From NCBI GenBank assembly GCA_934246625.1, contig CAKQHZ010000001.1:300001-332000 (forward strand): a DNA stretch of 32,000 nucleotides, read 5' to 3'. The stretch comes from an uncultured Alphaproteobacteria bacterium (GTDB lineage Bacteria; Pseudomonadota; Alphaproteobacteria; Rs-D84; CACZYB01). Under the pieces are notes generated by a model that searched no databases, was not told the origin of the DNA, and saw only the letters and a program-made list of their open reading frames with translations. Both the position numbers and the translations under genes were made by a program. This document shows, piece by piece, positions 9,647-17,856 of this stretch (its first letter is position 1; each line of letters starts with the position of its first letter).

Positions 9647-10156
9647 ATGACAAAATTTAAAAATGAACTTGGACGTTCTATGGTAGAAATGCTTTTATAC
9701 ATTGGTTTGGTTATTGTAATTGGTGTATCTACTCTAAAACTTTACAGCGAATCAGTTGAAAAATCTAAACGAATCAACGCACAAAATCAAATTCGTGATT
9801 TGATAAAAGATGTAAATATGATTTACATTGGTCGTAATTTTCCAACAAGTGGAGATATTTCTGAAAAAATAAAGAAAAAGGATATAAAATTGGTAAATCC
9901 TTGGGGTGATTCAATATCAATTATTGCAAAAAATGCCCCTACTGGTGGAACTGGTTCATTCGCACTTCCTTATTTTGGAATAAAAATGAAACTTTCAAAG
10001 GCTCGCTGTGCATATCTTGGCTCTGCATTAGAAGAAGATACTATTGGTATCAATGTAAAAGGTGCCGATATTTCAACTAATGCAAAAAGTTTTGATGATA
10101 TATTAAAAAATTGTAAAGACAATCATGATGTCTATTTCTGGGCAAAGAAAGAATAA
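9647..10156 (+). CDS. type IV pilin / T2SS pseudopilin-like protein (paralog 1), orphan
   Basis: Short basic leader, then G|RSMVEMLLYIGLVIVIGV (Gly -1, Glu +5, hydrophobic helix). YSESVEKSKRINAQNQIRDL...FPTSG resembles the GspG/pilin alpha1 helix. C-terminal Cys pair (C120...C156) resembles a pilin D-region. AGGAGAAAAT ribosome-binding site. Confidence 0.6.
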   Translation: MTKFKNELGRSMVEMLLYIGLVIVIGVSTLKLYSESVEKSKRINAQNQIRDLIKDVNMIYIGRNFPTSGDISEKIKKKDIKLVNPWGDSISIIAKNAPTGGTGSFALPYFGIKMKLSKARCAYLGSALEEDTIGINVKGADISTNAKSFDDILKNCKDNHDVYFWAKKE

Positions 10157-10170
10157 ACTATTAAAAAAAC

Positions 10171-10199
10171 TTGATTTTTGGGAAAAGGTGCATTATATT
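10171..10199 (+). promoter_or_regulatory. candidate promoter of the rpsF-rpsR-rplI operon
   Basis: TTGATT (10171-10176), 17-nt spacer, TATATT (10194-10199), with an A-tract upstream. The -10 element lies in the loop of the preceding terminator hairpin. Confidence 0.45.
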
Positions 10200-10217
10200 A
10201 GATGCACCTTTCTGTTT
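10184..10217 (+). terminator. rho-independent terminator after pilin-like gene 1
   Basis: AAAGGTGCAT (10184-10193), loop tatattag, ATGCACCTTT (10202-10211), then TTTCTGTTT. Confidence 0.6.
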
Positions 10218-10325
10218 AATAGATTCGTTTGAATCTTAATATTAAACGGATAATTCAAAGGATTTTGGCGGGTGCCGAAATTTAAAAATAACACCTTTGA
10301 ATAAACCATAAGGAGATTAAATATT

Positions 10326-10670
10326 ATGGCATTTTATGAAACCGTTTTCATACTTAGACAAGATTTAACTTCTCAACAAGTTGAAGATTTATCTAAGGAT
10401 TTCAAAAAAATCATCACTGATGGTAATGGAAAACTTATAAAAGAAGAAAACTGGGGTTTAAGAACTCTTGCTTATAAAATCAAAAAAAATAAAAAAGGTC
10501 ATTATGTTCTTTTTGAAACAGAAGCTCCTGCTGACGCAATTTCTGAATTTGAAAGAAAAATGAGCATCAATGAAAATGTTTTAAGATTTATGACTATTAA
10601 ACTTGCTAAACCAAGTGAAGGTCCATCTGCTATTCTTTCACAAAAAGATTTTAAAGATGAAAGGAAATAA
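10326..10670 (+). CDS. rpsF: 30S ribosomal protein S6
   Basis: [15 protein letters not shown]...[16 protein letters not shown] is the canonical S6 pattern. AAGGAG Shine-Dalgarno site. Confidence 0.95.
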   Translation: MAFYETVFILRQDLTSQQVEDLSKDFKKIITDGNGKLIKEENWGLRTLAYKIKKNKKGHYVLFETEAPADAISEFERKMSINENVLRFMTIKLAKPSEGPSAILSQKDFKDERK

Positions 10671-10672
10671 AA

Positions 10673-10897
10673 ATGGCTATGACAGAAAAAGTATTAAGAA
10701 AAAAAGCTGATCCTTTGAAAAATGTTGAAATTGATTACAAGGATGTTAAATTTTTAAGAAAATTTATTACTGAACGTGGTAAAATTGTTCCAAGACGTAT
10801 TTCTGGAACTTCATCACTTAATCAAAGAAAACTTGCTAACGCAATAAAACGTGCTCGTTATATCGCTTTGTTGCCTTATGTTGCAAATAATGAATAA
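10673..10897 (+). CDS. rpsR: 30S ribosomal protein S18
   Basis: [50 protein letters not shown] is the canonical S18 pattern. Confidence 0.95.
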   Translation: MAMTEKVLRKKADPLKNVEIDYKDVKFLRKFITERGKIVPRRISGTSSLNQRKLANAIKRARYIALLPYVANNE

Positions 10898-10908
10898 GGA
10901 GTTATAAG

Positions 10909-11502
10909 ATGGAAGTAATTTTATTAGAAAAAGTAGGTAAACTTGGTAATCTTGGCGACGTTGTAAAAGTTAAAGATGGTTATGCAAGAAATTTCCTTAT
11001 CCCTTCAAGAAAGGCTTTGCGTGTTACAAAAGCTAACCTTGAAATGTTTGAAAAACAAAAAGCTGATTTAACAGCTAAAAATGAAGCTGCAAGAACTTCT
11101 GCTCAACTTATTGCTGATAAAATCAAAGGTAAATCATTTATCGTTATCAGACAAGCTGGTGATACAGGTCATCTTTATGGTTCTGTTTCAACTCGCGATT
11201 TGGCTAATGTTCTTAAAGAAAATGGTGCAAATATTGATTATACAAAAATCACTATTGATACACCTATTAAAGAACTTGGTATTTACGAAGTTAAAGTTGC
11301 ACTTCACCCAGAAGTTGTTGAAATCGTAAAAATCAATGTTGCAAGATCTGAAGAAGAAGCTAAGGCTTATGAAGCAAAAGCTATTGCTGATGCAAAAAAA
11401 GCTGAAGAAAAGAAAGCTAAGAAATCTAAAGAAGCTGAAGCAACAGAAACAAAAGTTGAAGAAGTTAAAGAAGAAGCAAAATCAGAAACTGAAAACGCTT
11501 AA
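10909..11502 (+). CDS. rplI: 50S ribosomal protein L9 with a ~50 aa Lys/Glu/Ala-rich C-terminal tail
   Basis: MEVILLEKVGKLGNLGDVVKVKDGYARNFLIP is the canonical L9 N-terminus. The tail EEEAKAYEAKAIADAKKAEEKKAKKSKEAEA... makes it 197 aa, a length typical of alphaproteobacterial L9. Confidence 0.95.
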   Translation: MEVILLEKVGKLGNLGDVVKVKDGYARNFLIPSRKALRVTKANLEMFEKQKADLTAKNEAARTSAQLIADKIKGKSFIVIRQAGDTGHLYGSVSTRDLANVLKENGANIDYTKITIDTPIKELGIYEVKVALHPEVVEIVKINVARSEEEAKAYEAKAIADAKKAEEKKAKKSKEAEATETKVEEVKEEAKSETENA

Positions 11503-11522
11503 TTCTTTCTTTGAAAGTTTTT

Positions 11523-11557
11523 ATAGTCCTCTTTTTTTAAAGGGGACTATTTTTTTC
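11523..11557 (+). terminator. rho-independent terminator of the rpsF operon
   Basis: ATAGTCCTC (11523-11531) pairs with GGGGACTAT (11542-11550) with one G.U pair, followed by a T7 run. Confidence 0.7.
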
Positions 11558-11563
11558 CTTAAA

Positions 11564-11708
11564 ATGAAATCCATCAGGAGGACGAGTAGAAGTAAAAGAA
11601 GGTGATTGTGTAGATTCTGCTGGTAGACGTGTATGTAATGAATGTGGTGAAATGGTAACTTATTGTAACAATGGAGAAATATATAAAAATTATAGCTATG
11701 ATAGATAA
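11564..11708 (+). pseudogene. frame-disrupted small gene: basic N-terminus plus four-Cys C-terminus, ribosomal protein L32-like / zinc-ribbon-like
   Basis: Frame 0 from ATG 11564 reads MKSIRRTSRSKRR then TGA (11603). The +1 frame continues DCVDSAGRRVCNECGEMVTYCNNGEIYKNYSYDR to TAA (11706-11708). RRTSRSKRR and CxxCGEM resemble bL32 (B. subtilis: FRRTSK...CPSCGEM, quoted from memory). The gene sits exactly between two terminators. Confidence 0.3.
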
Positions 11709-11741
11709 AAAAATCCCCAGTTAAAAGCTGGGGATTTTGTT
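11707..11741. terminator. bidirectional rho-independent terminator (serves rpsA on the minus strand and the small ORF on the plus strand)
   Basis: A7-TCCCCAG-ttaaaag-CTGGGGA-TTTT. The stem can extend to 11 bp, with an A-run and a T-run on either side. Confidence 0.75.
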
Positions 11742-11755
11742 TGTGAAAGGAAACC

Positions 11756-13468
11756 TTATTTCTTTGATTTCTTTTCTTTTTCTTCGATACTTGCACCAAG
11801 GATATCACCAAGTAAAGCACCTGTATCTGTTGAACCATATTCTTTCATTATCTTCTTTTCTTCGTCTATTTCATAAGCCTTTATAGATAATGTGATTTGG
11901 CGAGTTTTCATATCAACATTTGTAATCTTTGCATCAACTTTTTCATCTACTGCAAAACGTTCAGGTTTTTGTTCTGATTTAGTTTTTGAAAGATCAGATG
12001 TTTTAATGAAACCAGGAATACCGTTAACATCAACTACGATACCGTCTTCTTTGATTTCCTTTACAACAGATGTTACAACTTCACCTTTTTTAACTTTGTC
12101 AAGTGATGATGCTACTCTGTCTTCTTTTAATTGTTTGATACCAAGTGAAATTCTTTCCTTTTCAGCATCGATTTCAAGAATCTTTGTTTTGATAACCATT
12201 CCTTTTTGGTAATCTTTAACTGCTTCTTCTGGGTTTTTATCCCAATCAATGTCTGATAAGTGAACCATACCATCAAGTTCATTTCCAAGGCTTACGAAAA
12301 TACCAAATTCTGTGATATTTTTGATTTCACCTTCGATAACATCACCAATAGCATGTGTTTCTGCAAATTCTTTCCATGGGTTTGGTGTGCATTGTTTTAA
12401 ACCAAGTGATATACGACGTTTTTCACGATCGATTTCAAGAACCATAACATCAACAACACTTGATACTGATAAAACTTTTGATGGTTGAACATTTTTCTTT
12501 GTCCATGAAATTTCTGATACATGAACCAAACCTTCGATACCATCTTCTAAGTCAATAAATGCACCGTAGTCTGTAAGGTTTGTTACTGTTCCCTTGTAAA
12601 TTTTACCAACTTCGAATTTATCAATATTTTGCCATGGGTCATTTTCAAGTTGTTTCATACCAAGTGATACACGGTTTGTTTCTGGGTCAAAGTTGATAAC
12701 TTTAACTTTGATTTTTTGACCAATAGAGAAAAGTTCATTTGGATTTGAAACACGTTTCCATGAAATATCTGTAATGTGAAGAAGACCATCAACACCACCA
12801 AGGTCAATAAATACACCATAGTCTGTGATATTTTTGATAACGCCTTCCATAACATCACCAACTTTGATATTTTTGATAATTTCATCACGTTTTTCAGCTC
12901 TATCACCTTCAAGAATTGCACGATGTGAAACTATTAAATTTGAACGAAGTTTGTCCATTTTAATAATTTTGAATTCCATAGGTTTATTCATTATAGAGTT
13001 AATATCTTTGATTGGATTGATGTCAAGTTGTGATGATGGCATAAATGCAGATACACCGTTTAAGTCTACTGTAAAACCACCACGAACACGTTCAACAATT
13101 TGACCTGAAACAACTTTGTTATCAGCAACAAGTTGTTCAATTTCTTTCCATACTTCTTCTTTTCTTGCCTTTTCACGTGAAGCAATCAAAGTGCCATCGT
13201 GGCCTTCGTATCTTTCTACAAATACATCAACGATATCACCAACTTTGATTTCATCGTTTCTGAATTCTTTTATATCAATAGCACCTTCTGATTTCAAACC
13301 AACGTTTACGATTACGAAATCTTTTTTAATATCTACTATTGTTCCCTTTGTTACATAACCTTCAAGTTTTGAACTTGGAGCATACATTTGATTAAATAAT
13401 TCAGCAAAGTTTTCACCTGTTGAAAAATTATCTACATCTGCGTTAAAAATTGATTTTTTTTGAGTCAT
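11756..13468 (-). CDS. rpsA: 30S ribosomal protein S1 (six S1 domains)
   Basis: 570 aa with repeated S1-domain signatures (G.V..I...G.FVDLGG.DGLLH.S). The N-terminal FAELFNQ...EG..V.G.IV pattern is typical of S1. Confidence 0.95.
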   Translation of the reverse strand: MTQKKSIFNADVDNFSTGENFAELFNQMYAPSSKLEGYVTKGTIVDIKKDFVIVNVGLKSEGAIDIKEFRNDEIKVGDIVDVFVERYEGHDGTLIASREKARKEEVWKEIEQLVADNKVVSGQIVERVRGGFTVDLNGVSAFMPSSQLDINPIKDINSIMNKPMEFKIIKMDKLRSNLIVSHRAILEGDRAEKRDEIIKNIKVGDVMEGVIKNITDYGVFIDLGGVDGLLHITDISWKRVSNPNELFSIGQKIKVKVINFDPETNRVSLGMKQLENDPWQNIDKFEVGKIYKGTVTNLTDYGAFIDLEDGIEGLVHVSEISWTKKNVQPSKVLSVSSVVDVMVLEIDREKRRISLGLKQCTPNPWKEFAETHAIGDVIEGEIKNITEFGIFVSLGNELDGMVHLSDIDWDKNPEEAVKDYQKGMVIKTKILEIDAEKERISLGIKQLKEDRVASSLDKVKKGEVVTSVVKEIKEDGIVVDVNGIPGFIKTSDLSKTKSEQKPERFAVDEKVDAKITNVDMKTRQITLSIKAYEIDEEKKIMKEYGSTDTGALLGDILGASIEEKEKKSKK

Positions 13469-13646
13469 ATTTTTACTTTTGATGTTGGCCTATACCTTTA
13501 AAAGGTTTCGGACTTGTATGAGTTAATAAAAATAAAATATTCCGCATACCCAGACATATTTTATTAAAGTTGAGGGAATTATATATTTTAAGGTGGCAAG
13601 AGTCAAGCATAAAGTCAAATATTTATACTTAAATCAAATGGTTAAA

Positions 13647-15983
13647 TTATTTTGACTTTATGGTTTCTTTTGCATTGTTTCTTGTTTTATTTATAGTAGA
13701 AGATGTTGCCTTGTTTAACCTTGCCTTTTCTTCCTTTATTTGTTCGGTCAAGGTTTCACGCAAAATTATTTGTTTTCCAAATTCTTCACGAGCAAGCGAA
13801 TCTTCTTCATCTGCACTTCCTTCAAAAGCAGTAAGGCAAGGATTTTTATCTTCACGAATATTTTGTATCCATGATTTTGTAAGCATTCCTAAACCCGCAG
13901 TAATAAGTGTAACACCTCCTGTTAAAGTGCCAACCAATGCAGTAGTAAAGGCTGTTTTGGCAACATTGTTTATCACGCCATCTTTGCTTATAATAATTGA
14001 TGGTCTAGCCATTGGACCTTCTATCTTAATCATTTCAGCAAGACTGTTTGAAACTTTTAGTCCCTCTTTTACCACGGTGATAATTGAAACATCAACATAT
14101 TCATCACCAAGGTTTGCAAGTCCATCAATAATAATGTTTGCAGCCTTTGTCATTGCGACAATTCCTCTATTACTTATAGTTTTACCATTTTGGATATTAA
14201 GGTTGACCACAGCACATTGAATAACACTTTTTTCTGGTGTGGTATCGGCTCCTGTGATTGTGCCCAAAATATCATCTCCAATAAATTTGAAAATAGATGA
14301 AACCAAATCGGTTGCCATAACAAGGTTTTCAACGCGGTATCCAATTAAATCTGATGTAGTATAAACCTTTACATATCCATTTAGGTTTTTCATAAATTCT
14401 TCAAGATTTTTGCCAAGACCTTTTAAAACTATATCTATATTTGTATTGCCTCCAACAAATACATTTTTATAGCCTGTGCTTGCAACAATATCTCCAACAT
14501 TAACATCTGTTCCCTTGATAGAAACATCGCCATTGAAGGTATTGTTTTTATTATTCGCGATAATATCAATAAAAACTTTGCCTCCCATATAATCAAATGA
14601 AAGAGGTGCAATTATCGCCCTTCCATCATTAAGGTTGGCATTAAGTTTTATGTTGGTAATTGGCATTTCTGGCATTGCCTTTAACTTATCAATTTGAAGT
14701 TGTAAAATAACATTCGCCAAATTCAATTCCTTTATTGGAAATGGAACATCTTTAAAAGCCTTTGGATTTTCAATATATTTTTCTGGTTTATGTGGCTTTT
14801 TGGCACCAGTTTTTTGACGTTCAAAATATGCCGGTTCCCAAAGTGGATAAAATAATTTTGGAATATCAAATGATGGGATTCTCAAAGTCGCCTTTATATC
14901 TGGCTTTTGACTTAAAACTATATCTATATCCCCCAAAATATTTGTAAGGTTATCATAGGTTAAATTTAACTTTTTCAATGATAAAATTTTTGGTGCAAGG
15001 ATTAAATCAAAATCGCCCTTGATACTATCAAACTTTGGCAAGTGGGTTATATTTTGCAATGATTTTTGTATATCAGGAGCATTTAAGTTTATATTTGCTG
15101 TTAAAGAATTAAAGCTGTTCATATTTGTGATTTTTGAAATCAAATCTACCTTTATTCCATTAAGGTTTAAAATACCAACTATTGGTATTCCTTCTGCTTG
15201 AGCAAGAACCTCCTCAAATGAAAAAGTTTTAAAACTTGCTTTATAAACTCCACCTTTGTATTCAATATTGCAATCAACAATAATAGGAGAAGAATAATTT
15301 TCTGAAAAAATAAAGAAATTTTTTAAAACAAATTTTTCATTTATTTTATTTTTGCGGTCATCAAAGTTTATTTGACCATTTTTGATTTGCACACTTTTGA
15401 CTGCAATTTCAAATTTTGGGTGATTGATTGCTTTTGTTAAAGTTTCTTCATCTTTTTTAAGTTTTTGCCCTATGTCCTTAAGTGTTGGACTTTCCGTATT
15501 AAATAAAGTTTTGAAATCCCAATTTTTATTATTTTTTGTTGAAATTTCCAAATTAAGTTTTGGGTTTTCAATTAAAACTGTATCAATAGAAATTTTTCGT
15601 GCAAGCAAATGATTAAGTGATAGTATCACAGAAACATTATCCGCTTCGAATATATTTTTTGTTTTACCCCATTTGGTATTTGCAATAGAAACCTTTCCTA
15701 TTTTAATTGCTGGTTCAAATGAAATAATTTGCCATTCAATATTACCATCAATTTCCACTTTTCGACCCAAAGTAAGTTCCAATCCCTTTTGCAAATCATT
15801 TTTGTATTTGTTTGGGTCAATAGATTTAAGAAGAATTACTATACCAATAATAGTTGCGATAAGTGCCAAAAATGCAACTCTTAACAAAAACTTTATCTTA
15901 AGGAAAATAAACAAAATAATGCTTGGAATTCGGCTGAAAAAATTAAAGTGAACTTTTTTTTGATTATTTGTTTTTTTTACCAT
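13647..15983 (-). CDS. AsmA-family outer-membrane biogenesis protein
   Basis: 778 aa with a single N-terminal TM anchor (ALIATIIGIVILL), then a long beta-rich region with an AsmA-like N-terminal pattern (GRKVEIDGNIEWQIISFEPAIKIGKVSIAN). Size and architecture fit AsmA/TamB-like proteins. The family call is by eye. Confidence 0.55.
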   Translation of the reverse strand: MVKKTNNQKKVHFNFFSRIPSIILFIFLKIKFLLRVAFLALIATIIGIVILLKSIDPNKYKNDLQKGLELTLGRKVEIDGNIEWQIISFEPAIKIGKVSIANTKWGKTKNIFEADNVSVILSLNHLLARKISIDTVLIENPKLNLEISTKNNKNWDFKTLFNTESPTLKDIGQKLKKDEETLTKAINHPKFEIAVKSVQIKNGQINFDDRKNKINEKFVLKNFFIFSENYSSPIIVDCNIEYKGGVYKASFKTFSFEEVLAQAEGIPIVGILNLNGIKVDLISKITNMNSFNSLTANINLNAPDIQKSLQNITHLPKFDSIKGDFDLILAPKILSLKKLNLTYDNLTNILGDIDIVLSQKPDIKATLRIPSFDIPKLFYPLWEPAYFERQKTGAKKPHKPEKYIENPKAFKDVPFPIKELNLANVILQLQIDKLKAMPEMPITNIKLNANLNDGRAIIAPLSFDYMGGKVFIDIIANNKNNTFNGDVSIKGTDVNVGDIVASTGYKNVFVGGNTNIDIVLKGLGKNLEEFMKNLNGYVKVYTTSDLIGYRVENLVMATDLVSSIFKFIGDDILGTITGADTTPEKSVIQCAVVNLNIQNGKTISNRGIVAMTKAANIIIDGLANLGDEYVDVSIITVVKEGLKVSNSLAEMIKIEGPMARPSIIISKDGVINNVAKTAFTTALVGTLTGGVTLITAGLGMLTKSWIQNIREDKNPCLTAFEGSADEEDSLAREEFGKQIILRETLTEQIKEEKARLNKATSSTINKTRNNAKETIKSK

Positions 15984-15998
15984 AATTTTATTCCCCTT

Positions 15999-16976
15999 TT
16001 AAAAATTAAGATATTTACAAATTTTTTCAAAATGTGATGGCATATTTGCCTTTATTACAGGCTTGCCTTCTATCTCGATTTTATAGGCGTGAAGATAAAG
16101 ATTTCGTGGAATATCAATTTCAAACGAATCTTTTAATGTTGAAAATTGATTTGAATTTCCGTATTTAAAATCACCAATTATTGGGTGCCCTACTTCCTTC
16201 ATATGAATACGAAGTTGGTGTCTTCGCCCTGTAAGTGGAGAAAGTTCCATCAATGATAACATATTAAAGGCTTCATCTAAAACCTTATAATTTGTAATTG
16301 CTGATTTTAAATTATTTGTATTTTTTTGATTTTTTGAATCTGCTTCATTTTCATCATTTTCCATTGCAATAGGTATTTTGATTGTGCCAGATTTTTTCTT
16401 ATCATCAAAATTGCCATATACAAGTGCAAGATATGTTTTATGAATTTTCTTTTCCTTAAACATAGTTGTAATTTTAAGTGCAGACTCATAATTTTTTGCA
16501 ATAACTAAAATACCACTTGTTTCCTTATCAATACGATGAGTCAAACGCAAATTATTATTATATTGTGGTAAGGCAATATTTATCAATGTATCAATATGTT
16601 TTGTGATACCTGTGCCACCTTGGGTTGCAAGACCAGCGGGCTTATTTAATACAATAATTTCGTCATCTTCGTAAATAATAGTTTTTAAAATATCATCAAT
16701 ATCATTTTGAGAATATTTTGTATTATGCTTGACTATTGTTGTTGGTTGATCCTTATATTCCTCAATAAATGGAGGAAGTTTTATTTCATCATTTTGAAAC
16801 AAAGCTACATTATAAGAAACACGCTTTCCATTAACACGGATTTGACCAGTGCGACATAATTTTTGAAGATGTGAAAGTGTAAGTGATGGATAATTTTTTT
16901 TAATCCATACATTTAATTTTATTCTGTCTGAATTTACTATTGCCTTTATAATTTTAAAACTCCATATCAAAGTCAT
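15999..16976 (-). CDS. RluA-family 23S rRNA pseudouridine synthase (RluC/RluD-like) with N-terminal S4 domain
   Basis: S4-like segment LQKLCRTGQIRVNGKRV, catalytic HRIDKETSGILVIAKN, and HQLRIHM. A low-complexity insert (ENDENEADSKNQKNTNN) is present. The start overlaps the mlaA 3' end by 23 nt. Confidence 0.8.
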   Translation of the reverse strand: MTLIWSFKIIKAIVNSDRIKLNVWIKKNYPSLTLSHLQKLCRTGQIRVNGKRVSYNVALFQNDEIKLPPFIEEYKDQPTTIVKHNTKYSQNDIDDILKTIIYEDDEIIVLNKPAGLATQGGTGITKHIDTLINIALPQYNNNLRLTHRIDKETSGILVIAKNYESALKITTMFKEKKIHKTYLALVYGNFDDKKKSGTIKIPIAMENDENEADSKNQKNTNNLKSAITNYKVLDEAFNMLSLMELSPLTGRRHQLRIHMKEVGHPIIGDFKYGNSNQFSTLKDSFEIDIPRNLYLHAYKIEIEGKPVIKANMPSHFEKICKYLNF

Positions 16977-17781
16977 AATCTAATGACCCACTTGTTGTAT
17001 TTGCATCTAAATCACCTTTGGTTGGTGATGAACCAAAAAGTCTATATTCATTTACAACCTTTTCACGATTTTGTAAGAACATAGTTTTAAATGTTGCATA
17101 AGAATCTATTGATGTTTCATTTGTTGCAAGTATGAAATCATAGTTTTGATAAATGCTCATTGCGGCAGTTGATGTATCAATAAATAATCCAGTTGCCCAA
17201 CCCCAAAGTCCATTCATAGGGTTAAAGAATGTATCAACCAATTTACCAACAAAATCACGGGTTGTTGTTTGTGCATAAACTGGCACAACAAAGAAACCAC
17301 CCATAGGGACACCCCATACACCAAGAGTTTGTCCGAAATCTCTCTCATCTCGTTTAATACCCATTGCACCAGCGGTATCCATAAAGCCAAACATACCCGC
17401 TGTAGAATTTATCACAAAACGACTAATAATTTTTAGTCCACCTACAACATCAAGTTGTAAAAATGCGTTGCCTGCATTAACTGGTTCCTGTAAATTTTTT
17501 AAAAAATTCACAACACCCTTATGCACAGGAGCAATCTTTTGTTCCTTATATTCATCAAGTGCTGGCTTTAAAGCATAAATAAGTTGCATATTGAAATTGT
17601 GCATTGCACGGCTTGTTTCAGGAAACAAATCAGGTGTAATTTCATTGTCTTCTTTTTTTTCTTCCTTAACTAAAGTTTCCTGATGTGTAATTTGAGATTG
17701 GGATAAATCTAATTTCTCCTTTTGAGAAGCACACCCAAAACAGCATAAAGTTAATATAAATAAAACAATATAATTTTTCAT
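16954..17781 (-). CDS. mlaA: MlaA/VacJ-family outer-membrane lipoprotein
   Basis: Lipobox LCCFGC|AS. NFNMQL...KP....Y......P..KGVVNFLKNLQEPVNAGNAFLQ......RFVINSTAGMFGFMD is a typical VacJ signature. Confidence 0.8.
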   Translation of the reverse strand: MKNYIVLFILTLCCFGCASQKEKLDLSQSQITHQETLVKEEKKEDNEITPDLFPETSRAMHNFNMQLIYALKPALDEYKEQKIAPVHKGVVNFLKNLQEPVNAGNAFLQLDVVGGLKIISRFVINSTAGMFGFMDTAGAMGIKRDERDFGQTLGVWGVPMGGFFVVPVYAQTTTRDFVGKLVDTFFNPMNGLWGWATGLFIDTSTAAMSIYQNYDFILATNETSIDSYATFKTMFLQNREKVVNEYRLFGSSPTKGDLDANTTSGSLDYDFDMEF

Positions 17782-17856
17782 AAATTTTTTATTTTTTACT
17801 TTTTTCTATATCTATGCTATTATATATTGAATCTTATGTTTTACAAGAGGAAAAAA

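Noticed and set aside
10218-10325. Possible structured rpsF leader (S6:S18 autoregulatory element) with small hairpins (CGTTT...AAACG; GGTG...CACC).
   Set aside because: The stems are short and AT-rich. I cannot match them to the known leader consensus by eye, and a covariance-model search would be needed.
13660-14220. A 186-aa ORF antisense to the AsmA-family gene, plus many 60-106 aa antisense or out-of-frame ORFs in the track (for example inside rpsA, murE, pgi, parE and argS).
   Set aside because: All lie fully inside strong, motif-supported genes on the other strand or in another frame. Their translations are low-complexity and hydrophobic (F/I/L/S-rich), as expected from reading AT-rich codons in the wrong frame. 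None has a Shine-Dalgarno site.
15954-15978. Two A8 runs (T8 on the plus strand) within the first 10 codons of the AsmA-family gene, as possible phase-variation tracts. Similar A7-A8 runs occur in alr and rpsF.
   Set aside because: They are simply AAA-AAA Lys codons with A-rich neighbours in a very AT-rich genome. Similar runs occur in essential genes, so there is no specific evidence for slipped-strand switching.
16300-16390. A low-complexity Asn/Glu/Lys insert (ENDENEADSKNQKNTNN) inside the pseudouridine synthase.
   Set aside because: This is a typical AT-driven low-complexity expansion in a surface loop. The catalytic motifs on both sides are intact.
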